In this document: positions 24,001 through 33,776 of the stretch, one piece after another
Layout: each line of letters begins with the position of its first letter
Position numbering within the stretch: the stretch's first letter is position 1
Source of the DNA: a virus
DNA: 58,277 bases
Strand: one strand, 5' to 3'
IMG/VR virus record: IMGVR_UViG_3300045988_058281
Location: 1 to 58,277 of that record
Made by a program: the position numbers and the translations under genes
Notes under the pieces: generated by a model
Databases searched by the model: none
What the model was told of the DNA's origin: nothing
What the model saw: only the letters and a program-made list of their open reading frames with translations

Positions 24001-24689
24001 GAGTACGTGAAGAGGCTAATGAACTAATTGATATCTCCTGGGGGAAATCTGAGAATTTGATTCAAATGATGCTTGAGCTAAAAGAAAGTGAGGCAGGAAT
24101 CGGAGACGGAACCGTTGAAGGTCTTGTTAATGCTAGAGCAGAAATGGATGACTTTCTCGATGAATATAAGCAGAGTAGTAAGTGGTCGAGCATTGGAGAG
24201 GGAATTGGAACCGGAGTTTCAAATGGGATTGCCAAAAAGAAATCTGCTATTCGAGGGGCGCTAGACAGTGCCCTTTCTGGGATGAAATCAATCTTTAGCT
24301 CCAGTTCGCCACAGAAAAAAAGTGGTCGAATTTTTTCTGAAATGCCAGAAGTAAAGACAATTAACCTAAATGCGTATGCAACTGGCGGCTTCCCTAATTA
24401 TGGCGAAATGTTTATTGCCAGAGAACAAGGCCCGGAGTTGGTCGGCCGCATCGGGAACCGGACAGCGGTAGCAAACAACGACCAGATTGTGGAGGGCGTT
24501 GCCGCTGGTGTGACATCCGCCAACAATGGAGTCATCAATGCTATCTATGCTATGGCTCAGCAAATCATAGCCGCAATCGAAGAGAATGGCGGAGATGTCT
24601 ATCTGGATGGTGATAAGGTAGGAAAACAGGTAACAGCATACCAGAACAGACAAAATCGGATGTACGGAAAGACCCTACAGCGTATATAA
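21042..24689 (+). CDS. tape measure protein
   Basis: 1215 aa, with a helical N-terminus, a Gly-rich multi-TM central region and coiled coils. Lies downstream of the chaperone genes. Confidence 0.9.
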   Translation: MAVDIDSLQIEIEATSSDAAAKIDALATALTNLKAAAKGGAGLTTVSKQMQALASAAASLNNTGIGKLRKIAPALNALSSVQKSSGLSSTVNALSKLSSVSESLKGNSIKEFASQMNQVASAMRPLATEMQKVSNGFSAFPIRIQKIIQSNTGLSASNNKAAKSFGVLGTGISSTTAKLGIYYLAFQRVANMASDWIKSANDYIENVNLFQVSMGEFYDEAFAYAELLNDRLGIDPSEWMRAQGVFMSMANGFGLARQQAYDLSEGLTELAYDLSSLYNEDVSESILRLQSALSGEIEPIRRLGISISQATLQEYALAHGIDESVISMTEQEKALLRSLVLMEGAGRIGAIGDFAKTLESPANALRVLRQQITQLGRAIGTALLPIIIQIIPWVQAFVEVLTDAIRALATFLGFTMPEWETSDWATGITDGASDAEDAIGGATSAAKEMKKALLGIDELTILEPSNAGGSGGMSGGSGWASNLEIPNIWDKNAILEIQTKADEVKKVLEEVLYDYVLPIGTALAAWKIAKTLSPELKALNALLSGLMIYTGISLIVDGITEVLFGDGLTWESILNGGAGGLLTGAGVGSLLAKKLGLTWAGGMLVGGLVGLGLTLTVMSIIAQIKDGLNLGNTMLNAIGGALAGGALGGYFAFRRNLNPAQGVIGGLTAGIGISLLISSIISIAKDGLNIVNGIMGAIGGALAGFGIGMIFGGGAGAAIGLVIGVGVSLVIEGITAQIGGGAPSLSGGLMTILGSALAGAGIGSLVPVVGTAAGAVIGFGVGVVLEIIGIKEAAKVAYEASEDFQIMQDILDRCTDASSRTSSAMDSLKNEIADLDATVANYGIARQLADDIFDINENANASAYELQQMAVKVDVLNGLNISGLRLSIDETNGRVIETRASVEQLIESLEQEARYEAMRDILVQTYKDQYQAMLDVKQATQDYNAANEALMNTTQELNDTPWYNLSRREELKLAQEKETEALEAANRVREEANELIDISWGKSENLIQMMLELKESEAGIGDGTVEGLVNARAEMDDFLDEYKQSSKWSSIGEGIGTGVSNGIAKKKSAIRGALDSALSGMKSIFSSSSPQKKSGRIFSEMPEVKTINLNAYATGGFPNYGEMFIAREQGPELVGRIGNRTAVANNDQIVEGVAAGVTSANNGVINAIYAMAQQIIAAIEENGGDVYLDGDKVGKQVTAYQNRQNRMYGKTLQRI

Positions 24690-24701
24690 GGAGGCGATCA
24701 G

Positions 24702-25067
24702 ATGGTACTAAAAATAGATGGGACCGACATCGTTCCTTATATCGCTTATGGGGGAGTAAAGTGGCAGAGATCAGACGTGGATGGAGAAGGGGCAGGGCGC
24801 ATGCTGGACGGTACGCTGGAGCGTAACCGCATGGCGACAAAAATCCGTTTGGATGTGACCTGCCGCCCCCTCAAATCAGCTGAGGCAAGCATTGTACTTT
24901 CGGCTATTATGCCAGAATGGGTCTCTGTTACATACTTCGACCCTCAAAAGGGGAGCACAGTTACAAAGACCATGTACGCCAATAACAACCCAGCATCCTA
25001 CCTTATCAAACACCCGGACGGAACGGAATGGTGGAGCGGGATAACATTTCCACTGATTGAGAAGTGA
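24702..25067 (+). CDS. tail component (distal-tail-like, small)
   Basis: 121 aa immediately after the tape measure gene. Call is by position. Confidence 0.5.
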   Translation: MVLKIDGTDIVPYIAYGGVKWQRSDVDGEGAGRMLDGTLERNRMATKIRLDVTCRPLKSAEASIVLSAIMPEWVSVTYFDPQKGSTVTKTMYANNNPASYLIKHPDGTEWWSGITFPLIEK

Positions 25068-25070
25068 GCC

Positions 25071-25685
25071 ATGAAATATAAAGTTTTAATTGACAATGAG
25101 GAATATATAGATGCGGATATCAGGTCTGCCAATATAGAGCGACCGCTGTTCGACCAGCTTAGTATTGGAAATGCATGTGAAGCTACATTAAAAATTGTGT
25201 TTCGGAAGAAAACGGTCATTCCAACAACGGCAAAAATGATTCCTTATGCGTTAGTTAATAATCAGTGGGAACAGCTCGGCGTGTTCTACCTGGATGAGCG
25301 GTCTATAAAGCCGACGGGGATCATGACGGTAGTAGCCTATGACTCCATGCTAAAGGCTGACAAGGTGTGGGTTCCGGATCAATCGTTGGAGTTCCCCATG
25401 CCAATGGATGATGCGGTGGACATCATTGCCGAACTGATGGGCATTACCGTTGACCCTCGGACGAATGTAAGCCACGCCTATACCATTGACTATCCAGCCA
25501 ATGACTACACCCTGCGGGATGTGTTGAAATTCATTGCTGTGGCGAACGGCGGGAACTGGACGATCACCAGAAACGACCAGCTTTTGTTGGTCCCTCTGGT
25601 TGGCAGTATGCCGCCTGAGACACATTACCTGATTGAAGAAAACGGATTCGCTATCACCTTTGGTGGAGACAGGATTTTGGTATGA
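25071..25685 (+). CDS. tail/baseplate component
   Basis: 204-aa ORF in the tail module. Call is by position. Confidence 0.5.
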   Translation: MKYKVLIDNEEYIDADIRSANIERPLFDQLSIGNACEATLKIVFRKKTVIPTTAKMIPYALVNNQWEQLGVFYLDERSIKPTGIMTVVAYDSMLKADKVWVPDQSLEFPMPMDDAVDIIAELMGITVDPRTNVSHAYTIDYPANDYTLRDVLKFIAVANGGNWTITRNDQLLLVPLVGSMPPETHYLIEENGFAITFGGDRILV

Positions 25686-26920
25686 ACGGAAAAGTTTTTG
25701 TAGGGCAGAAAGCTCTATCACTAACTGAATACGAAAAGAAGGCCCCCATCAGCGGCGTTATCCTTTGGGTGGATGATGAAAACTGCTATGAAGCTGGAGA
25801 CGAGACGGGGACTGTCATAGAGCAGGATTGCCCGTATGCCTCACAGCAGATGGCCGATAATCTTCTGGCTACCTTGCAGGGATATTCCTATCAGGGACTA
25901 GAAGCAAATGGGGCCAAAATGTCACCGATTGCAGAGCTCGGAGATGGAATGACGGTGGCCGGGTTGTACACCCAGCTTGCCTATCAGAATATCCGATTCT
26001 CTACTGGAGAAGTCATGGATATGGCGGCTCCTGGAAGCGATGAAACCCTTCATGAGTACAAAACTGAGGGAGAGACAACAAAGAATTTTAACCACCAGAT
26101 AGCCCAGACCCGATCTCTGATCTCAAAAACCTCAGAAGAGATATTGCTGAAGGTGGAGAATGAGCTGGAAGGGTTATCGGCATCCATCGACGTAAAGCTG
26201 GAAGGCATCACATCTCAGGTCTCCGGTTTGGATGGCCGAGTCACCACTGTTGAGCAGACAGCAAATGGGCTGACAACCACCATCACAGGGTTAGATGGAA
26301 AAGTAACTACGATTTCCCAGACGCTGGACGGATTGACGGTGACAGACTCTGGAGGGACAACAAAAATCAAGGGATCAGTAATCGAGACTGGTAGTCTGGT
26401 GCTCACAGGAATCATCTCGTGGGGAGACCTTGACAGCGGAGTTCAGGGAGACATCAATGAAGCGGTCAACACAGCAAACGATGCCTATGATTTGGCCTAT
26501 GACAATCAACTACCAAGTTACATCAAGAGTACATATATCAGTTCCACGGAGGTCAGAAGCCCGACCATTTCAGGCGGGACCATTATAGGGTCAGAGATCT
26601 ACGCCACCGAGGACGGAGACACTTACGCAATGATGGACGGAGACTCCTTTATGCTAATGCGGACAGGCAGTTCTCAGCCCAGAGCCGTCCTTGAGGCAAC
26701 AGACCGAAATGTAACGCTGGCACTCGGAACGGGCAGTGGCACCAGCCGTGAATCTGGACGCTTTTTTGTTGCGAAGAGTTATAGCGCTGGAACCGGAAAT
26801 ACAGGGGGCATATATCTTATAAATGACCGGGAAGAAGAAATCGGGATCGTCTTTTTTGAGGATGGAACTATTGGTTTCTCTGCGGACAATGTTACAGGTG
26901 TCCCGGTCAGATTCGGATAA
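25682..26920 (+). CDS. tail-associated structural protein with coiled-coil repeats
   Basis: 412 aa. Repeats GLDGRVTTVEQTANGLTTTITGLDGKVTTISQTLDGLTVT. Confidence 0.6.
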   Translation: MNGKVFVGQKALSLTEYEKKAPISGVILWVDDENCYEAGDETGTVIEQDCPYASQQMADNLLATLQGYSYQGLEANGAKMSPIAELGDGMTVAGLYTQLAYQNIRFSTGEVMDMAAPGSDETLHEYKTEGETTKNFNHQIAQTRSLISKTSEEILLKVENELEGLSASIDVKLEGITSQVSGLDGRVTTVEQTANGLTTTITGLDGKVTTISQTLDGLTVTDSGGTTKIKGSVIETGSLVLTGIISWGDLDSGVQGDINEAVNTANDAYDLAYDNQLPSYIKSTYISSTEVRSPTISGGTIIGSEIYATEDGDTYAMMDGDSFMLMRTGSSQPRAVLEATDRNVTLALGTGSGTSRESGRFFVAKSYSAGTGNTGGIYLINDREEEIGIVFFEDGTIGFSADNVTGVPVRFG

Positions 26921-26931
26921 GGAGAACAAGC

Positions 26932-27633
26932 ATGGCCTTTTCTGCATCCTTTAGCTCTATTACTGAGACCTCCGCCCGATTTAGAGCATCGTTTACAGGA
27001 GGAGATTCAGGTTTTTCTTATTACAGATATGTCAGGCTTGACATTGATAGAGATACCTATGAGATCCGGAGTGATTCAGTCGGAGGCGCTTCATCTTCCT
27101 TTTCTGAAACAATTAGGGGACTGGACCCTGGAACTACTTATGACTGGGAAGCACAGCTTGGATATGAGGATGCGTCAGGGTCCATTACATGGCTGAGCAT
27201 TTATGACAGCGGTTCTTTTACTACAGATTCAACGGCACCAGCTATTGATCTATGGTCCTGGAGTTCGTCTAATGGCGAGGCTAGTTCAAGCCAGACAAGA
27301 GCGGCCAGAAATGCCATGGATAATGAAGAGCCAGCAGAGAATTTTCCACATGAGGTCTGGAACGATATTGTAAATAAAGTGCAAGAGGCGCTTGATGCCT
27401 CTGGACTTAGCTGGGAGCGAAGCAGCTCTCAAGGCGCTACATTATCACGCTCCGGCTGCTTGATGTCTTCTGGGGACACATTGTTGACTGCTGCCATGTA
27501 CAACTCCGTCAAATATCAAATTGGTCAAGGGAACGGATCGGACGGTATCTATGTAGATTCGGAAGATGAATTTACATGGTCTCATATTGAAAGCCTGACG
27601 GATTATCTCAACCTTTGGATCGAAAGTATATAG
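26932..27633 (+). CDS. hypothetical tail-associated protein (FN3-like N-terminus)
   Basis: 233-aa ORF. IRGLDPGTTYDWEAQL motif. Confidence 0.5.
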   Translation: MAFSASFSSITETSARFRASFTGGDSGFSYYRYVRLDIDRDTYEIRSDSVGGASSSFSETIRGLDPGTTYDWEAQLGYEDASGSITWLSIYDSGSFTTDSTAPAIDLWSWSSSNGEASSSQTRAARNAMDNEEPAENFPHEVWNDIVNKVQEALDASGLSWERSSSQGATLSRSGCLMSSGDTLLTAAMYNSVKYQIGQGNGSDGIYVDSEDEFTWSHIESLTDYLNLWIESI

Positions 27634-27641
27634 GAGGACCT

Positions 27642-27800
27642 ATGAAGGAAGTTAGTGAAAAACTAAACAAAGTGTTTAAGTGGCTATCCGCCATTCCAGT
27701 CAGTGGAGAATCAGTGGACCTCATGTTTGCGGCCAAGCAAGAGCTGAGGGCAGCATATAAAATCCTGAACGAGATGTCCAAGGAGGATACCGATGGCTGA
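27642..27800 (+). CDS. small hypothetical protein
   Basis: ATG at 27642 follows TAGGAGGA. 52 aa. Confidence 0.4.
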   Translation: MKEVSEKLNKVFKWLSAIPVSGESVDLMFAAKQELRAAYKILNEMSKEDTDG

Positions 27801-29811
27801 TAAGAACATAGGGTCCCTCCCTGCGGCATCCACAGTAGACGATGATTCGCTGCTTGTTGCAGAACAGCAAGGGCAGGCGGTAAAGGTCACTGGGGCGCAG
27901 TTCAAAGGATTTGCCCAGCAGGCAGTCCGGCAGTATGTTGAGCAGGCCCAGGAAGCGGCAAGCGATGCGCTGGAAGCCTCTGAACAGGCACTTGAGGCCG
28001 TGGCTGGTATTGGTACTGCGGTGGAGGATACCAAGGCAAACAAGGAAGCCGCAGAGGCCGCTCAAGCAGCCGCAGAGCAGGCGAAGGCCGGGGCCGAAGC
28101 TGCCGCCCAGGGTGCAGCGGAAGAGGTCAAAGAAGAGCTCCAGGGGCTTGTAGATCAGGCGGAGACCGCAAAGACTGGAGCAGAGACTGCGAAGAGCGGA
28201 GCGGAAGCGGCAAGGACTGCAATCGAAAATATGCTGGTAGAGGCCATCACACTGGAGACTGGACAGCCGGCCACGGTCAGCAAGTCTCTGGTAGATGAGG
28301 TCGTAAAGCTGACATTTGGGCTCCCAGCCGGTCCTGTTGGCCCCAAAGGTGAGACCGGAGACCCTGGCTCCAGCATTGACCGTATCGAGCGAACGAGCGG
28401 TACTGGGGCGGCAGGGACTACAGACACTTACACCATCTATCTGACTGACGGGAAAAGCAGTACATTCCAGGTCTACAATGGCGCTGATGGTATTGGATCT
28501 GGCGACATGCTGAAAAGCATCTATGACCCGCAGGGAATGAACACAGATGTTTTTAAGTATGTAGACGATAAGATTGCGGATATTGACATCCCCACGCCTG
28601 AGAACATCGTCACTGTCCCCGGTGGTGGTCAGCTGGAAATGGCGGAAAGTCTGGGAAGCGGTCCGTACACCATCACTTTCTCGGAAGATGAGGGTGGAAT
28701 TGATGGCTTTTCCGCTTCTGATGTGGATTACAGCAACACCACCAGCGGTTTGGCGGCAACTGATGTTCAGGGGGCTATTGATGAGTTGGCGGGGCGTCCT
28801 TCAAGCGGTCTAACTCAGGAGCAGGCAGACCAGAGATATTTGAAGCTGTCTGGTGGGACAATGGAAGATAGCGCCGAAATCATAGGAAAGAATTTGGTTA
28901 TTAGCTCAAATACAATTGAAAATAACGATTTTGGCGCATTTTCCGTCAGCGGTACAAGCGCAATAATGCAAACCCAAAACCAAAATTCCGTTTCATATGT
29001 GGAAGCAATGAGAGCAAGGGCACAGATGCTTGCTCAAAATGACACAAATTCCAGTGCCTATTCTTCGGTCATGGCCGATGGAGGAAAAGTCACACTTGAA
29101 AGCGTCCAAGACGATTCCCACAAGGCGTATATGGAGTTAAAGCATGACGGTCAGATAGGTTTTGCATTTTCCAGCGGGGAGACAGTGCACATGCTCACGG
29201 TAGATGCAAGCGGAGTAAACGTGTTCGATCCTCCAACGGAAGGCACCAATGTGGTCAATAAGGATTATCTGGAACAAGCGATTTCAGATGCCGGGGGCAC
29301 AGAAGTTGAAACGACATTAACTGTACTCACGGCGTCTGGGTGGGATTCCAATTCCAAGACACAAAGAGCCGAAGTGACGGGAATATTGGCGGATGAAACT
29401 AAGCAGCTTATACAGCCAGTGCCAGCCATCTCATCTCAGCAGGAATACATGGCAGCAGGAATTATGGCAACAGAGCAAAGCGATGGGGCGTTGATTTTTA
29501 CTGCAAAGACTGTTCCGAATACAGACCTACGAGTATATATAAACATACAATCCGTAAAGTATTCCGTAAACCTGATTTCATTTTCCATCGATGATGCACC
29601 ATTTCAAGCGGAGAGTGGTATGACATGGTACCAATGGGTTGGAAGCCAGTACAATACTGCTGGATTTACATGCAGCAGTACCAGCAGCTTTGTTTATGAT
29701 TCTCAGGGAACAAAAACAGTTATGAAGGGAAGTAGCAAAGTAACTGGATCAGAGTTGATTGAATCTGAACAGGCATACACCACACAAAGAGACAGTGGTG
29801 GGATAGATTGA
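27793..29811 (+). CDS. tail fiber protein with Ala/Glu coiled coil and a short collagen-like segment
   Basis: 672 aa. AEAAQAAAEQAKAGAEAAAQ repeats and GPVGPKGETGDPG. Confidence 0.7.
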   Translation: MADKNIGSLPAASTVDDDSLLVAEQQGQAVKVTGAQFKGFAQQAVRQYVEQAQEAASDALEASEQALEAVAGIGTAVEDTKANKEAAEAAQAAAEQAKAGAEAAAQGAAEEVKEELQGLVDQAETAKTGAETAKSGAEAARTAIENMLVEAITLETGQPATVSKSLVDEVVKLTFGLPAGPVGPKGETGDPGSSIDRIERTSGTGAAGTTDTYTIYLTDGKSSTFQVYNGADGIGSGDMLKSIYDPQGMNTDVFKYVDDKIADIDIPTPENIVTVPGGGQLEMAESLGSGPYTITFSEDEGGIDGFSASDVDYSNTTSGLAATDVQGAIDELAGRPSSGLTQEQADQRYLKLSGGTMEDSAEIIGKNLVISSNTIENNDFGAFSVSGTSAIMQTQNQNSVSYVEAMRARAQMLAQNDTNSSAYSSVMADGGKVTLESVQDDSHKAYMELKHDGQIGFAFSSGETVHMLTVDASGVNVFDPPTEGTNVVNKDYLEQAISDAGGTEVETTLTVLTASGWDSNSKTQRAEVTGILADETKQLIQPVPAISSQQEYMAAGIMATEQSDGALIFTAKTVPNTDLRVYINIQSVKYSVNLISFSIDDAPFQAESGMTWYQWVGSQYNTAGFTCSSTSSFVYDSQGTKTVMKGSSKVTGSELIESEQAYTTQRDSGGID

Positions 29812-29829
29812 GTAATTAGGTGATGCAAT

Positions 29830-30687
29830 ATGATTTTCAATCAAAATGTGACAGGAGGCGGCACCGATACCAGCGATGCCACTGCGACGGCTGGGGACAT
29901 CCTCTCTGGCAAGACAGCTTATGTGGCCGCAGGAAAGGTGACGGGGACCATTGCCAGCAAGAGCTCCAGCAACCTGACCGCCAGCGGGGCCACTGTGACA
30001 GTCCCCGCCGGCTACTACCCCAGTCAAGCCAGTAAGTCGGTGGCAACTGCCACCCAGGCCACGCCCAGCATAACGGTGTCCAGCGCCGGACTCATTACTG
30101 CAAAATCGACTCAGAGCGCCGGGTATGTGAGTTCCGGGACTAAGTCTGCGACCAAACAGCTGACTACCCAGGGGGCGCAGACCATCACGCCGGGGACCTC
30201 TAATAAGACCATTGCCAGCGGGCGGTATCTGACCGGCACCCAGACCATCAAGGGAGACGCCAATCTCGTGGCCGCCAACATCAAGAAGGGCGTGAGCATC
30301 TTCGGTGTTGCGGGGAGCAACGAGGGAGAAGATATCGTTCAGAAGGTGATGAACGAGGGAACAAAAGCAAATGGGGCGGAAGATAGGATAACTATTTCAG
30401 TTTCTCCAGGAACAATAGTCCATTTTGTGATTGAAGACCACTCAACGTTTGCCTCCTATGATGAGACTGTATATTTCAAATTCAATGTAGAAGCAGACAC
30501 GAAAAAAAGTTATGCCTTCCTAAAATCACCGACTGGGTCCGGACGACCAGATAGAGATGACTGGAGTGCTGTTATATTTAACCAGCCGGAAGCGGCGGAA
30601 GAGATCAGAGTCTCTGTTCGGGATCAAGATGGAACACTTTGGAGTTTTGACGATGCAAACACCGAGCTCTGGTATCTCGTAGAGTAA
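29830..30687 (+). CDS. tail fiber-associated protein
   Basis: 285 aa. The N-terminal SDATATAGDILSGKTAYVAAGKVTGT motif is common in Clostridia phage fiber proteins. Confidence 0.55.
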   Translation: MIFNQNVTGGGTDTSDATATAGDILSGKTAYVAAGKVTGTIASKSSSNLTASGATVTVPAGYYPSQASKSVATATQATPSITVSSAGLITAKSTQSAGYVSSGTKSATKQLTTQGAQTITPGTSNKTIASGRYLTGTQTIKGDANLVAANIKKGVSIFGVAGSNEGEDIVQKVMNEGTKANGAEDRITISVSPGTIVHFVIEDHSTFASYDETVYFKFNVEADTKKSYAFLKSPTGSGRPDRDDWSAVIFNQPEAAEEIRVSVRDQDGTLWSFDDANTELWYLVE

Positions 30688-30701
30688 GGAGTGGTGACGC
30701 C

Positions 30702-31010
30702 ATGATATACGTCAACGGAAAACCAGTAGCCGGATTTGGCTCCGGGAAGTCCCGGCAGTTTTCGGTCTCACTCCCTGCCAGTGGGTGGATCGAGAATGAG
30801 CAGATTGTGAGCAACGACCTGTTCAAATCCAGTGGCTACGCATATCTGGCAAACCCTGATTCGGATTCCTATCTAGCGTGGGTCTCTTCGCAAGTTCGTC
30901 CGGAGGATGAGGTCACAGCGAATGGATATGCGGTGTTTATCTGTGCGGAGGCCCCTGCGTCAGATATCACAGTCAACATCATCCGCATGGAGGTAAAAAA
31001 TGGGCAGTAA
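30702..31010 (+). CDS. hypothetical protein
   Basis: 102-aa ORF in the fiber module. Confidence 0.45.
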   Translation: MIYVNGKPVAGFGSGKSRQFSVSLPASGWIENEQIVSNDLFKSSGYAYLANPDSDSYLAWVSSQVRPEDEVTANGYAVFICAEAPASDITVNIIRMEVKNGQ

Positions 31011-33426
31011 ATTTTTTACAATGGTTGGCGGCGGAGCAGGAGGCGAAGGCATCAAGCTGGAGAGCATTGCCATCACCACACCGCCTGATAATATCACATA
31101 TCTCCCCGGAGAGGTCTTTGACCCTGCGGGGATGGTGGTCACGGCGTCGTACTCCAACGGGGCCACCCTGACGGCCACCGGCTGGACCTACTCTCCCAGC
31201 GGAGCACTGCCGGAGGGGACGAGTGAGGTGGAGATCATCTACACCGAGGCTGGGGTAACAAAGACCGCCGTGCAGGCCATCACTGTGGAGCGTGGGACCA
31301 TCTCTGTGCCCACGGTATCTGGGAGCCTTACATACAATGGACAAGCCCAGAGCCCTACCCTGACGGGATACGATGCAGACAAGATGGTCCTATCCGGCGA
31401 CACGTCCGGCACGAATGCTGGGAGCTATACGGCGGTGGTCACCCCAACAGAGCAGTACAAGTGGGCGGACGGAAGCACGGAGGCGAAGGATATCCAGTGG
31501 TCTATTGCTAAGGCCACCCCCAGCATCACGTTTGACCCGGCATCTGTGAGCCTGGATACCTCCACCACATCTCAGGCGGTGTCTGTCACCTACACGGGGG
31601 ATGGAACGCTGTCCGCACAGTCTGATAACTCCGGCGTTGCTACGGCGTCCCTGGAGGGGACCACCCTGACAGTAACAGGTGTGGAGACCGGCAATACGGC
31701 CATCCAGGTATCAGCCAGCGAGGGGACAAACTACACAGCGGCCAGTGCCTCTCTGAGCGTGGCGGTGCAGTTTGCGATTATCATTCCGGTGGTTCCAAGC
31801 CAAAAGGGTACACTTACTTATAATGGCGAAGCACAAATGGCAGAGTGGAACGACCTTAACACAGAAGAACTTACTTTGGTTGGGGCATCATACCAAACAA
31901 ACGCCGGGACTTATACTATGGGATTTCAACCGAAGCCCGGATATCAGTGGTGGGACGGGACTACGGAGACGAAAAATGCGACGTGGACGATTAGGAAGGC
32001 AATGAACAACGTCTCGTTATTACCTAGTGGCAAAGTTACCCTTAACGCAAATAATAAATCCGTTACCTATACAGCGAGCACACGATTTGGTGGGGACATA
32101 AGCGTATCGTGGAGCAATCCAGATTACTCACAATATGCAAGCTTTTCGTTCAATAACGAAAATAAAACGGTGACCGTACTGGCAAAAAAAGAACTACCAA
32201 ATAATCTAAACTATATTTCTTTGATTTTTTTATCTGAAGAATCCGAAAATTGGGATTCTTCGACCAATTCACGAATGATAGATATCGAATCCCTCACCTC
32301 CGTCTTCGGCGTCTCCTGGGACAGCTCCAACCCATCCACCGCCCTGACCCGTCTGACCAAAGCCAACGATCCCAACAAGCTGGTCACTGTGGACATCACA
32401 ACCGAGCCAGTACCCGCAGTTGGGACAGGCTCAGGCTCCTCACCATTCGACAGCTATATGCCGTGGATGGGGATGGAGGAATATACCTTAAATAATGAAA
32501 CCGGACGAGTTTCAGCCAAGAAAGGTGACCCTGGATTTACAAGGACGAACATTAATTTGCCCGTAATGGTAAAAATCCCGGAGTTTTACTACAAAATCGA
32601 AAGGGTAGGAAGCATATTCCGATATTACGTTGCGGATGGGCCAGTAGACGAATTTCACCTTCATCCGGGCAGCGGGTGCTATGTAGCAAGGTATGAAGCT
32701 ATTGGTTCAAACAATAGCTCTCTTGGAAGTTTTTTGGGATCGTACTCATCTACGCTTGCTCCCAGCACAAGACAAACTAGGTACACCTACAGGACCCGTG
32801 CTCGAAACATGGCTTCCGGCTTCCAGCTCTACGACTTCGCAGCATGGTGCGCTGTTGGTCTGCTGTATTTGGTCGAATTTGCCGATTGGGATAGTCAAAA
32901 GAAGATGGGTCAGGGGATCGTCAACGACGCAGACTCCCACAAAACCGGCGAGACTGACTCTATGGTCTACCACACCGGCAGGGCAGCGGGTACTGATGGA
33001 AAGACTGCGGTTCAATACCGTGGAATTGAGAACCCGTGGGGGAATGTATTGGAGTTTGTTGATGGAATTAACTTCAAGAACTATGCCCCCTACATCTGTA
33101 CCGATCCTACCAAGTATGCCGATGACATCACCACCAACTATACCATTACTGGAGTCTCTTTGGGAGGCAACGGATGGACCAAAGGATTGGGCCTATCCAC
33201 AAATTTTCCGTGGGCTTATCTGCCGAATGAGGTGGGGGGAAGTGGATCTACCTTCATTCCAGATTACGTAACCCACTCTTCCCAGGGGTGGCAGGTTCTC
33301 GTTGTCGGGGGTTACTATAGTGACGGCTCCTATGCCGGACTCTTTCGCTTTGGTAGCAATTACACTTCATTGGAATCGAACTCAACTATTGGTGCCCGTC
33401 TCCAGTTCCGGGAGGTGAAAGCATGA
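31000..33426 (+). CDS. putative receptor-binding protein (Ig-like repeats + C-type-lectin/FGE-like C-terminal domain)
   Basis: 808 aa. Big-like LESIAITTPPDNITYLPGEVFDPAGMVVTASYSNG, repeated LTYNG.AQ modules, and the C-terminus GGYYSDGSYAGLFRF...IGARLQF. Confidence 0.65.
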   Translation: MGSKFFTMVGGGAGGEGIKLESIAITTPPDNITYLPGEVFDPAGMVVTASYSNGATLTATGWTYSPSGALPEGTSEVEIIYTEAGVTKTAVQAITVERGTISVPTVSGSLTYNGQAQSPTLTGYDADKMVLSGDTSGTNAGSYTAVVTPTEQYKWADGSTEAKDIQWSIAKATPSITFDPASVSLDTSTTSQAVSVTYTGDGTLSAQSDNSGVATASLEGTTLTVTGVETGNTAIQVSASEGTNYTAASASLSVAVQFAIIIPVVPSQKGTLTYNGEAQMAEWNDLNTEELTLVGASYQTNAGTYTMGFQPKPGYQWWDGTTETKNATWTIRKAMNNVSLLPSGKVTLNANNKSVTYTASTRFGGDISVSWSNPDYSQYASFSFNNENKTVTVLAKKELPNNLNYISLIFLSEESENWDSSTNSRMIDIESLTSVFGVSWDSSNPSTALTRLTKANDPNKLVTVDITTEPVPAVGTGSGSSPFDSYMPWMGMEEYTLNNETGRVSAKKGDPGFTRTNINLPVMVKIPEFYYKIERVGSIFRYYVADGPVDEFHLHPGSGCYVARYEAIGSNNSSLGSFLGSYSSTLAPSTRQTRYTYRTRARNMASGFQLYDFAAWCAVGLLYLVEFADWDSQKKMGQGIVNDADSHKTGETDSMVYHTGRAAGTDGKTAVQYRGIENPWGNVLEFVDGINFKNYAPYICTDPTKYADDITTNYTITGVSLGGNGWTKGLGLSTNFPWAYLPNEVGGSGSTFIPDYVTHSSQGWQVLVVGGYYSDGSYAGLFRFGSNYTSLESNSTIGARLQFREVKA

Positions 33427-33776
33427 GAGTGAGAGGCGATAACAACCCCGGCACGTTCTCCATCGAGGCAATGCCCAATAAACCCGGCTGGTGTCTGGTG
33501 CGGTTCTACGAAAACGCCCAGGAATATACCGAGGAGCTGGACGAGACCACCATCACGGGATGGGAATACGACGAGTATCACCTGGAACAGCCCACCATCT
33601 CCCAGGAGGATATCGAGGGCAACCTTGAGGTCTATCTGAGGGCGGCGAAGGAGGCCGAGGTCACCCCAGAGAGCCGTCTGGAGGATGTGGAGCAAAACAA
33701 GGCAGACAAGCAGGAGGTCGCCGCAGTATGGGACAGCATGGCGGTGGCGTACCAGGAAGGGGTGCAGGAGGCATGA
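33423..33776 (+). CDS. hypothetical protein
   Basis: 117-aa acidic ORF. Confidence 0.5.
   Translation: MRVRGDNNPGTFSIEAMPNKPGWCLVRFYENAQEYTEELDETTITGWEYDEYHLEQPTISQEDIEGNLEVYLRAAKEAEVTPESRLEDVEQNKADKQEVAAVWDSMAVAYQEGVQEA

Noticed and set aside
33290-33426. Possible diversity-generating retroelement variable region at the C-terminus of the receptor-binding protein
   Set aside because: The genome is complete and contains no reverse transcriptase gene. I found no template-repeat copy of this segment.
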